NCBI GenBank assembly: GCA_038229875.1
Contig: JBBROA010000005.1
Span: 1 to 63,290 of the forward strand
DNA: 63,290 nucleotides
Reading direction: 5' to 3'
Origin: Thermoanaerobaculia bacterium
GTDB lineage: Bacteria; Acidobacteriota; Thermoanaerobaculia; UBA5066; Gp7-AA6
The position numbers and the translations under genes were made by a program. The notes below the pieces were generated by a model. It searched no databases. It was not told where the DNA came from and saw nothing but the letters and a program-made list of their open reading frames with translations. Below, in pieces: positions 8,791-18,491 of the stretch (positions are counted from its first letter, which is position 1; each line of letters opens with the position of its first letter).

Positions 8791-9458
8791 ACTCTCACTC
8801 CTCCCCGGGCAGCCGCCCGGAGTCTCTCGATGGCGGCTCTCGGGTCTTCCTGACCGTAAACCGATGTGCCTGCAACCAGAATTTCCGCCCCGGCCGACGC
8901 GAGGTCCGCGGCATTCGTCGAGTCGACTCCCCCATCCACCTCGATCTCGGCCCCGCTGCGGAACTCCAGGACCGCCTCGCGGAGGCTCCGCACCTTCGCG
9001 ACGGAGTGCGGCAGGAACGCCTGCCCTCCGCGGCCGGGGTTCACGGACATGACCACGGCGTAGTCCAGGTCTCCCCACGAGTCCGAAAGCGAAGCGACCG
9101 GAGTCGCGGGATTCATCACCGCGCCGGCGCGGGCGCCTCCCCGCCGGATCACGTCCAGGCACCTCTGGAGATGCCGGGTCGCCTCGACGTGGACGGAAAT
9201 CCAGTCGGCGCCGGCGTCCAGATACCGGTCGAGCGTCTGCTCCGGGTTCTCGATCATCAGGTGCACGTCGAGAGGCAGCCGCGTAGCCCGCTTCAGAGCC
9301 TTCACGACGGGAGGCCCGAGCGTCAGGTTCGGGACGAAGTGGCCGTCCATGACGTCGACATGGATGAGGTCGGCTCCCCCCTCCTCGGCGATCGCGAGAG
9401 CGTCCGCCAGGCGCGCGAAGTCGGCAGACAGGAGAGACGGCGCGATCCGGACCTTCAT
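8787..9458 (-). CDS. rpe: Ribulose-phosphate 3-epimerase
   Basis: IAPSLLSADF, HVDVMDGHFVPNLT, MSVNPG, VDGG. Confidence 0.97.
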   Translation of the reverse strand: MKVRIAPSLLSADFARLADALAIAEEGGADLIHVDVMDGHFVPNLTLGPPVVKALKRATRLPLDVHLMIENPEQTLDRYLDAGADWISVHVEATRHLQRCLDVIRRGGARAGAVMNPATPVASLSDSWGDLDYAVVMSVNPGRGGQAFLPHSVAKVRSLREAVLEFRSGAEIEVDGGVDSTNAADLASAGAEILVAGTSVYGQEDPRAAIERLRAAARGGVRV

Positions 9459-10201
9459 CGGGCCGCCGGGGGGAATGAGGTGTCAGACGCGCGGGACACC
9501 GTCACCGAAACGACTTCCTTCGAGGACAGCGCAGATCCCGCCGTCGGAAACTGCTTCAGGATCGTGTTGGGTGGCACCCCTTCGTACGACTCGAAGCGCG
9601 CGCTTCCCACCCGGAAACCGTAGGCCTCGAGCCGCGAGCGCATCAACTCCGCGTCCTTTCCGACGAGATCCGGCATCACGTAGCGGGTCTCCGGGAGGCC
9701 GCGATTGGTGAGAACCGCGATCGGCGCGTTCTTTCCGACGGGAAATTCCGGCTCCGGGTCCTGGGCGACTATGCCGATCCGGGCGGTCGGATCGCGGTAC
9801 CAGGAGAGCGCGCCGAGCTGAAGCGTCTCCTGCGCCAGCCGCAGCGCGGCCGCCCGTGGAGGCAGTCCGGAGAGGTCCGGCACGCGCAGCTCCCGGGGCC
9901 CGAGGGACAGGACCACGCGGACGAGCTGCGAGGGCTTCGCGAGCGAGCCGCTCTCGGGAGACTGGGTCAGAACCAGGTTGCGAGGGATTTTGTCGTCGTT
10001 CCGGGCCCGTCCGGCCTGCTCGTCGACCTGCAGGCCAGCGTCGTGCGAGATCCGGATCGCCTCGGGGAGGGACTTTCCCACGAGATCCGGGACGGTCACC
10101 GAACGGCCCACGATCGAGCTCTCGAAGGCGAGCCAGGCGCCGCCTAAGAAGATGACGACGAGCAGAAACAGGTAGACAACCCGAAAAAGGACCCGGCGCA
10201 T
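9455..10201 (-). CDS. Membrane-anchored protein with three PASTA domains
   Basis: N-terminal TM; repeats beginning VPDLVG, VPDLSG, MPDLVG. Confidence 0.9.
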   Translation of the reverse strand: MRRVLFRVVYLFLLVVIFLGGAWLAFESSIVGRSVTVPDLVGKSLPEAIRISHDAGLQVDEQAGRARNDDKIPRNLVLTQSPESGSLAKPSQLVRVVLSLGPRELRVPDLSGLPPRAAALRLAQETLQLGALSWYRDPTARIGIVAQDPEPEFPVGKNAPIAVLTNRGLPETRYVMPDLVGKDAELMRSRLEAYGFRVGSARFESYEGVPPNTILKQFPTAGSALSSKEVVSVTVSRASDTSFPPAAR

Positions 10202-10289
10202 CGAGAAAACGTAGCACAGGGGGGGTAGCTCTCAGCGGACCGCTGGCACGTTTGACCTACGGCTCATGATTTGCAACCCTAGGCCTTCA

Positions 10290-11297
10290 ATGGACTATCC
10301 GACGCCAACGCCGAAGCCGAAGCCGGACGACGACGAGATTCCCGCCTGGTTCTCGGACGCCCGGTTCAAGAAGGCGGATCTTCACTGCCACTCGGTCTAC
10401 TCGACCTTCAAGTACTTCCGAATCGCGAATACCCGCGATTCCTACAACCGGCCGGAAGAGGTTTACCGGGTGGCCAAGGAGAGGGGCATGGATTTCGTCA
10501 CGCTGACGGACCATGACTCGATCGACGGCTGCCTCTACCTCTTGAATCAAAACCCGGACCTCGACGATTTCTTCATCTCGGAAGAGGTCGAGACGTGGTT
10601 TCCCGACACCCGCCAGCGCATCCACGTCAACGTCTTCGACATCGACGAGCGCCAGCACCGGGAAATCCAGCGGCTGCGGGAGAACATCTACGACCTGCAT
10701 GCCTGGTTGAAGCAGGAAGGGATCCTCGCCTCCGCGAACCACATGTTCCAGAACTACAGGATGCGGAATTCGCCGCGGCAGTACTTCGAAGAGATGCTCC
10801 GGATGTTCGACGTCTTCGAGGTGAAGAACGGCGCGATGGCCTCGCAGCACAACCGGCTGATCGAGGACCTCATGGCGGTCGTCCGCGAGAAACGAGGCGC
10901 GGTGTCGCTCGTCGCGGGCTCGGACGCCCATACTCTCGCTCCGCTCGCCAAGGTGTACACCGTGGCCGAGGCGGAGACCCCTCGCGAGTTCCTGGCGCGC
11001 ATCCGCTCGGGCGAGTGCTTCGTCTGGGGAAGCGAGATGGGTTTCCGGGTCCTGCTGTCGGACGTGTACCAGATGGTGTTCCGGTACTACGGCAGCGTGC
11101 TCGACTGGCGCAATCCCGAATTCACCCGGGGCGAGAAGGCCCGGCACCTGGCGCTCGCCGCGATGGGCGCGCCGTTCTCCGCCGCTGGAGTTCCGTTCGC
11201 GCTGACCTCGCTCAACTACCTGAAGCAGATCTTCGTCTCGCGCCGGATCGGGCAGGAGCTCCTCGAGAAGATCGCGGACCCCGAGAAGCCTTCCTGA
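10290..11297 (+). CDS. PHP-domain metal-dependent phosphoesterase
   Basis: DLHCHS, TLTDHD, EVKNG, GSDAH; alternative start 10266. Confidence 0.85.
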   Translation: MDYPTPTPKPKPDDDEIPAWFSDARFKKADLHCHSVYSTFKYFRIANTRDSYNRPEEVYRVAKERGMDFVTLTDHDSIDGCLYLLNQNPDLDDFFISEEVETWFPDTRQRIHVNVFDIDERQHREIQRLRENIYDLHAWLKQEGILASANHMFQNYRMRNSPRQYFEEMLRMFDVFEVKNGAMASQHNRLIEDLMAVVREKRGAVSLVAGSDAHTLAPLAKVYTVAEAETPREFLARIRSGECFVWGSEMGFRVLLSDVYQMVFRYYGSVLDWRNPEFTRGEKARHLALAAMGAPFSAAGVPFALTSLNYLKQIFVSRRIGQELLEKIADPEKPS

Positions 11298-12256
11298 TTC
11301 GGAGAGCGGACGCTCCGCCGGCCGAAGCTCTGGGGAGTCCCGCGCTCCGCGGGGCCGGGCGAAAAGGAGAAACCTCCGCCGCGGGCGCGGACCTCCTGAT
11401 CGGCGCTCACCATTCGATCGCGGGAGGAACGCCGCGCGCCGTCGAGCGCGGAATCTCCACCGGCTGCCGCGTCCTGCAGATTTTCGTCAAGAACAACAGC
11501 CGCTGGGTGGGCAAGGAAATCACGGACAGAGAAGCTCGGCAGTTTCGGCGGACATCCCGGGCCGCGTCGTTCTCCCACGTCGTCGCGCACGCCTCCTATC
11601 TGATCAACCTCGGCTCCCCGGCCGCCGCGCTTCGCGCCCGGTCAGCGGCGGCGCTCGCGGACGAGATCGCTCGCTGCGGCCGCCTCGGCATTCCGGCCCT
11701 GGTGCTCCACCCGGGTTCCCACGGCGGAGAGGGCGAAGCCGTCGGTATCCAGAGGATTGCCGACGGTCTCGACGAGGCGCTCGACCGCACGGCGGGCGTG
11801 CGCGTGCGCGTGCTCCTCGAGACCGCCGCGGGGCAGGGCAACTCCGTGGGCCACCGGTTCGAGCATCTGAGGGACATCCTCGGAGCCGTCCGGCGCCCCC
11901 GCCGCGTCGCGGTCTGCTTCGACACGTGCCACGTCCACGCCGCCGGCTACGACGTCGTGTCGCGCCGCGGCTGGGACGAGACGGTCTCTTCTCTCGCGGC
12001 CACGGTAGGGCTCGATCGCCTCCACGCGATCCACGTGAACGACTCGAAGCGCCCGCGCGGCTCCCGCGTCGACCGGCACGAGCACATCGGACGCGGCACG
12101 ATCGGAGAGGCGGGGTTTCGCAATCTGCTCTCCGACACGCGGCTCTCGGCGATCCCGAAGTTTCTCGAGACGCCGAAGGATGAGGCCCTCGACTTCGATC
12201 GGAGCAACCTCGAGACGCTCCGCCGCCTGGCGGCGTCCGGGCCGCCCGGCGACTGA
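11294..12256 (+). CDS. nfo: Endonuclease IV (start uncertain)
   Basis: GAHHSIAGG, HASYLINL, HPG, ETAAGQG, DTCH, HVNDSK, DRHEHIG, ETP; no nearby ATG/GTG/TTG. Confidence 0.9.
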   Translation: MIRRADAPPAEALGSPALRGAGRKGETSAAGADLLIGAHHSIAGGTPRAVERGISTGCRVLQIFVKNNSRWVGKEITDREARQFRRTSRAASFSHVVAHASYLINLGSPAAALRARSAAALADEIARCGRLGIPALVLHPGSHGGEGEAVGIQRIADGLDEALDRTAGVRVRVLLETAAGQGNSVGHRFEHLRDILGAVRRPRRVAVCFDTCHVHAAGYDVVSRRGWDETVSSLAATVGLDRLHAIHVNDSKRPRGSRVDRHEHIGRGTIGEAGFRNLLSDTRLSAIPKFLETPKDEALDFDRSNLETLRRLAASGPPGD

Positions 12257-12300
12257 GGGGGTACGCCGCGCGAAAGCGCCCGAAGTATCCTTCCCGTCGC

Positions 12301-13322
12301 ATGCACGACGGCCACGAACCGCCCACCAACTCGACGACGGCGGTTGCTGAACAGTTCTGGGATCATCACCACGGGAACACAGAGAGCCCCCGGTTCTGGA
12401 TGGCGCAAGCACTCTGCCGCTCGGCGATCAATCGCAGAGTCACCGGAAATCCGAACGAGTGGCCCCTGGAATGGTTCGCGCGCCTCTACGGACCGCTGTC
12501 GAAGGGCCTTTCGCTGGGATGCGGGGTCGGGAACCTCGAGCGCTCCATGCTGGACATCGGAATGTGCGAGGAAATCACGGGCATCGACTTTTATTCGAAG
12601 TCTATCGAGATCGCGCGGGAACGCGCTCAAGAAGCGGGATATGGCGATCGGCTGAACTATCGCGTCGGAGATCTTAATCACCTGCGGATTCCGTCAGCGA
12701 CATACGACGTGGTGTTCATCCACCAGGCGTTGCACCACGTCGTGGCCATCGAACGACTCCTCGCGCGCGTCGCTCGGTCGCTCAAGCCCGAGGGACTCGT
12801 ATTCGTAGATGAGTGGACGGGCCCTTCCATGACGGGGTGGACTCCGGAGATGGTCGCAGTTCAGTCCGCGCTCTATCGCGAGGTTCCTCGGGAGTGGCGA
12901 CGCTACTCAGAATTCGTGCTTCCGATTTCGGCGGATGATCTCACTGAGGGAATACGGTCGGCGGCGTTTTTGCCGGCGGTCCGCAATTTTTTTGGCCGGT
13001 CGAGGTCCGTCCCTACGGCGGTCACGTCGCGGCGCTTCTGATGTCGCAGATCGACACTGCCCCGAGTGAAGCGCTGGACCCATTTCTGAAGCAGTGGTTC
13101 GGGATTGAGGACGATGAACTTCGATCAAACCCGTCCTGCGGTTACCATCACGTGATCATCGGACGTCCTCGCCGCGGTCTGGCCGCGCAGATGGCCGCTC
13201 TTTTCGGTCTGGCTCTCCACGCCCGGATGGGCGTCGCATACAGAGTCGCCGCGGCAACAAACCTCGTGAAGCATCTCGCCCACCAGAGTCCGGTCTGGAA
13301 AGTCTTTCGACCGCCGCCATAA
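12301..13322 (+). pseudogene. Class I SAM methyltransferase split by one frameshift at a T7 run
   Basis: LSLGCGVG, QALHHV, DEWTGP; family-like tail VEVRPYGG... continues in the -1 frame after 12993. Confidence 0.75.
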
Positions 13323-13336
13323 CTCGGGGCGACGAG

Positions 13337-15715
13337 TCAGGAACCTGAAGCTTTGTTCATTGCTCGGCGACGAACCGCGCCCCACCCAATCAGTCCCAGG
13401 AAAGAAGCCGCGCTCAACGCGGCGCCGACCACGAAACCCGCCGGCATATAGCGGAGCTCGACTTCGTGCTGGCCGGGGGCCGCGGCGAACCCCAGAAACG
13501 CGTGGTTGTATCGCAGCAGGGTCGCTGGCACACCGTCGATTCGGAGCTGCCAACCCTTCCACGCGGTGATCGAGGTCCCGATCAACGAGGGGGATTGAGC
13601 CACTACCCTCATCGCGAACTTTTGAGGCGAATAGGAGCGGGTCTCGACCGCAGCCTTGCCGTTCGGGATCCAGACTCCTGGCTGCATCCCCGCGAGACTT
13701 TCCACGATCCCCTGATGCTCGAAGTTCTTTATATCGCCCAGCAACCTCAGCCTCTTCTGCCCCTCCGGCTCGACCAGGAATTGCTCCGGGACGAAGACAC
13801 GCGGCAACACGTTCGGGTTCTCGGCCAGCCGCAACCCGAGTTCTTCTCGGATCGTTCGCCATCCTGCAGGGATAGGAGTGATTCCCGGGATGAGGAAGTA
13901 CTTCACGTTCAGGAATGAAAGAAAGGGTTTGGACGGGTCGTCGACGCGGTTGAACCAGATCGGCTGTGGGACACACCACAGCGGGTAAGTCTCCTGGAGG
14001 GGCTTGAACGTCATCGCCTCGTAGCCCCTGACGTCTTCGAGCTCGTACAGCGCCGAAATGTTCGGCACAAAAGTGAACCCTACGGAAGTCGTTCGAAACG
14101 GTTGGTTGCGGGGTATCCCGTCGAGAAGATGGAGCGGCGGGTAAAAAGCTTTATTCGGCGCGACGGGGTACAGCGAGGACGCTTCCGACGACCTCTGGAT
14201 CATGACGATGCCGAGAAGGATGACGCCAGCGGCCCTCGCGCTCGCGCCCGCGGCAGACTTCGCGGACCACCACGCAAGAGCGAGACAGAGAGGAAGGAAC
14301 TGCAGCAGGAATTGCGCGTGAAGGTAGTCGAGAGGCATCTGCAACGAGATGAGTCGGCCCTCCATGACGAGGTAAGCCGCAACGAACAGCGACACAGCAG
14401 CGACGAGGAGGAGCCGAAAAGCCCGGTCGGACGAACCCTCCAGAATCCTTTCCATCCCGAGCGCTGCGAGACCCGCAATGGCAAACGCCGCGAGAAATAC
14501 GAGGCGTTCGTTCAGCGCTATGTCGAAGAGCGGCAGAGCGGAGATCGCATCGGTAATCACCGGCGCCGAAGACCAGAGCGCCAGTCCCAATGCCCCGAGT
14601 CCCACCAGGGCCCATTTGAGTCGTCTCCTCGAAACGAGACCGAGAGCCGCCATCGGGAAAAGCACCGAACCCACGTAGGCGGTCGAAATCGACTGCCCCT
14701 CCGTTGCCCCTCCGTGACCCGAGCTGCCGAAAGCGTATGGGATGAAGAGCTGCTGAAGGCGAAAAATGGCCTTCGGTAGCGACACGGACTTCCTGATGTG
14801 GGCGTACCACGCATGGCGGAAGAAGTATTCGAAGGTCTGCGGCAGTGCCTCGAGATGCGGGAGAAGGATGACGGCTGTCAGACTCAGGGTGATCAGGCCC
14901 GCAAGCCCGGACAGAAGAATCGCTCGAATCCGGCTCCGACCTGTCTCCCCCTTGAGTACGAAGAGGAAATAGAGACCGGCGGCAGCGACGGCGTGTAGCA
15001 ACGTTTCGCTGTGACCTCCGGTCACGATCAGCAGGAGCGAAACCGTCGTTATGCCGACCCCCCGGGCGCTCCTCTGCTTCGCCAGAGTCGAGAGCCCCAC
15101 CAGGAGAAGCGGGAAAGGCGCTATCGCAGGAGACAGCGGATAGCCGAGAAAGAATAGAACGTAGTCGCTAAAGGCCCATCCGACCGCTCCAACGCAACAG
15201 GCCAGAAGAGGGAGCCCGAGGTCGGCGAAAAACAGCAAGGCGCACAGCAAGGCCATGAAAAGGGTGAAGGTCATCTCGAAAGTCCATGCCTGAGCGAGAG
15301 GCAGGAGCATCCCGATCCAGGTAGATGGGTGCAAGACGACGGGTTGCTGCATCGCAAGCAGTGGCTCGCCGGCGAGGATGTAACGATTCCAGAGCGGAAG
15401 ACGGCCGTTCTTCACGGCGTCCCGAACCGCTTTTCGCCACGGAATCTCCTGAGAGACGACATCGCCCAGGATGGGAGTTCTCGTCGGTCCGATTCCGACA
15501 TCGCCCGCGATCGCCGCAAGGGGATGCGCCTGATATGCGATGTCGAGAGGGGCGTATACCCCGCCGGTGAACATGGCCCGACCGGTGACGAGAAGAGGGG
15601 CGCAGGCTACAAAAATGCACGCTTGCCAGGGAATCCGCCGTACGTAGCGCCGCGCGAGAAATAGGCCTCCGCCTGTCGCGGCGAAGTACACCGCGAACGA
15701 CCTGAGAATCAACAT
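13337..15715 (-). CDS. YfhO-family (GT-C fold) polytopic membrane protein
   Basis: LPLWNRYILAGEPL, GGHSET, EDVRGYE, NPNVLPR, GW..RIDG, HEVELRY. Confidence 0.85.
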   Translation of the reverse strand: MLILRSFAVYFAATGGGLFLARRYVRRIPWQACIFVACAPLLVTGRAMFTGGVYAPLDIAYQAHPLAAIAGDVGIGPTRTPILGDVVSQEIPWRKAVRDAVKNGRLPLWNRYILAGEPLLAMQQPVVLHPSTWIGMLLPLAQAWTFEMTFTLFMALLCALLFFADLGLPLLACCVGAVGWAFSDYVLFFLGYPLSPAIAPFPLLLVGLSTLAKQRSARGVGITTVSLLLIVTGGHSETLLHAVAAAGLYFLFVLKGETGRSRIRAILLSGLAGLITLSLTAVILLPHLEALPQTFEYFFRHAWYAHIRKSVSLPKAIFRLQQLFIPYAFGSSGHGGATEGQSISTAYVGSVLFPMAALGLVSRRRLKWALVGLGALGLALWSSAPVITDAISALPLFDIALNERLVFLAAFAIAGLAALGMERILEGSSDRAFRLLLVAAVSLFVAAYLVMEGRLISLQMPLDYLHAQFLLQFLPLCLALAWWSAKSAAGASARAAGVILLGIVMIQRSSEASSLYPVAPNKAFYPPLHLLDGIPRNQPFRTTSVGFTFVPNISALYELEDVRGYEAMTFKPLQETYPLWCVPQPIWFNRVDDPSKPFLSFLNVKYFLIPGITPIPAGWRTIREELGLRLAENPNVLPRVFVPEQFLVEPEGQKRLRLLGDIKNFEHQGIVESLAGMQPGVWIPNGKAAVETRSYSPQKFAMRVVAQSPSLIGTSITAWKGWQLRIDGVPATLLRYNHAFLGFAAAPGQHEVELRYMPAGFVVGAALSAASFLGLIGWGAVRRRAMNKASGS

Positions 15716-15779
15716 GGGGCCGTGAGAGTAGTTTACGGCTCGCCCTGGCGCAACGATTTGCCGCCGGCGGTCACGCCGA

Positions 15780-16633
15780 TCATCGGGCGACGATCACCGC
15801 GTAATAGGGAGGAGACCCCCGCGCGAGCGCTGATCTCTCGCATTCAATGAGATGAGCAACGACCTCCGCGCTCGGTTTCCGACGAGCGGGAAAAATCAAC
15901 GTGAGGGTAAATCACCGACAGAAACGTGCCGCCGTAATTGCGTTGGAGCTCGATCGAAAATCTCAGCGAAACTTCCCGAACGATTTCAGACGAATCGCCT
16001 CGCTCGGATCCTTCCCATCCACTGATAGTGAAGGCGGCGTCGGCGGCGCGCTCCCGCCGGGAGTTTTCGGTAGACTTCGTCGGCATCCCGCAGGAGATCG
16101 CGTCTCCATTCCATTTGGGAAGGCCCGATGTATTCGTCCATGTACACCAGCCCTCCCGGACGGAGCGCAGCGCGAACGACGTCGAGGCAACTTTCCAGAT
16201 TCGATACGTGAAGGAGAGACTGCTGGAAAAACGCGCCGTCGCAAGACCCTTTCTCGAGCGTGAGCCGATTCAGGTCGCCCAGGACGTACCTCATTCGCGT
16301 GAGTCCCCGTTCCGATGCCCGCCGGCGCGCGACCTCGAGCGATCTGGAGGCGATGTCGATTCCGGTCAGCGATGCGCAGATTCCGCCTTCGCGAAGGTGC
16401 CGATCGAGAGTCCCGTTTCCGCGACCCAGGCTGACAGCGTGGTCCATCGAGCCGAGTCCCGGGGACAGGCCTTCGAGCAGCCAGAGGTTGGGATCCCCGG
16501 TGACGGACTCGTTCACGTAACGTCGTACGGCCGGCTCGTGAAGCCAGGTCGTCAGCGGCTCACCTTCGGAGAAACGGCCCCAGAACCGCGCCGTTTTGGC
16601 GAGCCGCAGGCGCTTCATCATCTGGAAAGCCAC
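15780..16633 (-). pseudogene. Class I SAM methyltransferase relic, paralog of 12301-13322, three frameshifts
   Basis: YVNESVTGDP, SLGRGNG, DEYIGPS, then DPSEAIR, SSEIV..RNYGGT and EVVAHLIECE..YYAVIVAR, each after a frame change. Confidence 0.8.
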
Positions 16634-16701
16634 GGGGCCTCGATCACCTCAGATTGTTCGTGGATCAGACTGGATGGCATGACGATGGGCAACCGCGTCT
16701 G

Positions 16702-17145
16702 ATGTCCCGGTTCTTCAGTTCCGTTGCCCGGGATTTCATACTGCTGACCGGCGCGATCTTGATGGCGGGGCTCTCGGTGGCGAAGCTGCGACCGTTTCAC
16801 GACGTTTTCCACCTGCCCGAGAGTCCTTTGGATAGATCGCACCCGACCTCCGCTCCGGCGTTCCTTTTTCTGCAGGCCGTCGAACGGGAGATCCCTCCCG
16901 GAGAAAGCGTGACGCTCATCACGGAACCCCGGGACCCGGGCCGAGAGACGGCACTTTTCGGCATGTCCGTCGCGCTGCTTCCCGGCCAGACCCTGCTCCC
17001 CTCGTCGCAATGGAGCGCCTTTACGCCGGAACTTTCCGCCGGCGCCCACTACCTCATCGTGCTGGGGAGTCGCCCCGACTCGCCTCCCGGCACTTTGATT
17101 TACGAGGACTCCCGGGGTTCGGTTTGGAAGCGAGCACTCAGATGA
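16702..17145 (+). CDS. Small membrane-anchored hypothetical protein
   Basis: N-terminal hydrophobic helix; ATGA overlap with next gene. Confidence 0.6.
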   Translation: MSRFFSSVARDFILLTGAILMAGLSVAKLRPFHDVFHLPESPLDRSHPTSAPAFLFLQAVEREIPPGESVTLITEPRDPGRETALFGMSVALLPGQTLLPSSQWSAFTPELSAGAHYLIVLGSRPDSPPGTLIYEDSRGSVWKRALR

Positions 17146-18485
17146 GGACCGGGTTCATCTGGCTCGCAACTTTTCTTGCTTTTCCATTGGCTGGTTGGCC
17201 TCTCCTCTCTCATCGGGCCTATCGCCGCCTCGGATTGACGTCCCGGTTCGTGCTCTCCGGTGCGGTCGGGTGCGTCACCGTCACCACCGTCATGACCGTC
17301 TCAACAGTCCTGGGTATCCGCTGGTACCCGCCTTTGATCCTGCTTTCGGCCGCACTCGTATCGGGCGCGGCCCGGCTCCTCGTCGGAGACTCCCAAGACC
17401 GGCTACGCGTTGCCGAACAAGGTCGCCTTCAATGGGCGGAGGGGGTCGCGCTCGGTGTCATCTTCGTCTCGGTGTCCGCCGCGACCCTCGCCGCCAGTTC
17501 CGCCGCTGTCACCTCCGCCGATCTCTTCCTCTTCTGGGGCCCGAAGGCCATGGCGTTCGCAAGAGCGCGCGGCATCGACTCGGCATACCTCGGCGATCCC
17601 GTGCTCCGATACCAACACTTTTCTTACCCGCCTCTCGTGCCAAACGCCTATGCCTTCGCTACTCTCGTGGCCGGCCGTTTTACATGGATGTCCGCGGTGA
17701 TGACGTTTCCGCTGCTCCTGGCGTCGCTCGTTCTCGCGTTGCCGGGAGTTCTTGGGTCATGGTGTTCGCGGAGAAGCGCTTTCGTCGCTACCGCATGTAT
17801 GGGAGCGTCGCTTGCCCTGATCGGTCAGGAGTACCTGGTCGGCGGCAACGCGGATTTTTCGCTCCTGTTGTTCGAGGTTCTTGCCGTCGCGCTGCTCTCG
17901 GGAACGCAACCAGTTGATCGGGCCTCCGCTTTTCTGGCAGGGATTCTTCTCGCCGGCGCTTCCGCCGCGAAAGTCGAAGGTCTTCCGTTCGCCATCTGTG
18001 CGGGGCTGTTGTTCGTTGCATTCGGGAGACGAGGGGGATCGGGACGTCTCGCCGCTTCCGCCCTCGTTCTTGGCCCGAGCGTGTTCGTTACGGCCCTATG
18101 GTTCGGATTTGAAAAGGCGCGGCTCGGATTCTTCGGGTACGAAACGTACGGCCCGTTCCTCGCCGCCGACTGGAAATCTCTCGGACTGGTTCTCTGGAAA
18201 ACGGCCGCGGCTCTCGCGGATGCCGGGCGGGGCTTTCCCTGGATTGTGCCTGTGGCGGCGATCGCAGTCGCCTTTCGGCTCCGGCGCGAAGCACTCGTAG
18301 CCTTCGGGACGGCGATGACTCTCGCGGCCTTTTTCGTCTTCACATACCTGCACGGCGGAGGCGACCCGACTCTTTGGATCATCTGGTCCGCCGGACGGAT
18401 TTTTGCCGTGATCTCACCGATGCTGGTCATCAGTTCACTCCACGGCAGGGAAAAGACCTTCACCTCTGACACGCCGTCCATCTAA
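17142..18485 (+). CDS. Polytopic membrane protein, probable GT-C glycosyltransferase
   Basis: DLFLFWGPKA, HFSYPPLVP, AKVEG and many TM helices. Confidence 0.7.
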   Translation: MRTGFIWLATFLAFPLAGWPLLSHRAYRRLGLTSRFVLSGAVGCVTVTTVMTVSTVLGIRWYPPLILLSAALVSGAARLLVGDSQDRLRVAEQGRLQWAEGVALGVIFVSVSAATLAASSAAVTSADLFLFWGPKAMAFARARGIDSAYLGDPVLRYQHFSYPPLVPNAYAFATLVAGRFTWMSAVMTFPLLLASLVLALPGVLGSWCSRRSAFVATACMGASLALIGQEYLVGGNADFSLLLFEVLAVALLSGTQPVDRASAFLAGILLAGASAAKVEGLPFAICAGLLFVAFGRRGGSGRLAASALVLGPSVFVTALWFGFEKARLGFFGYETYGPFLAADWKSLGLVLWKTAAALADAGRGFPWIVPVAAIAVAFRLRREALVAFGTAMTLAAFFVFTYLHGGGDPTLWIIWSAGRIFAVISPMLVISSLHGREKTFTSDTPSI

Positions 18486-18491
18486 GGCCAT

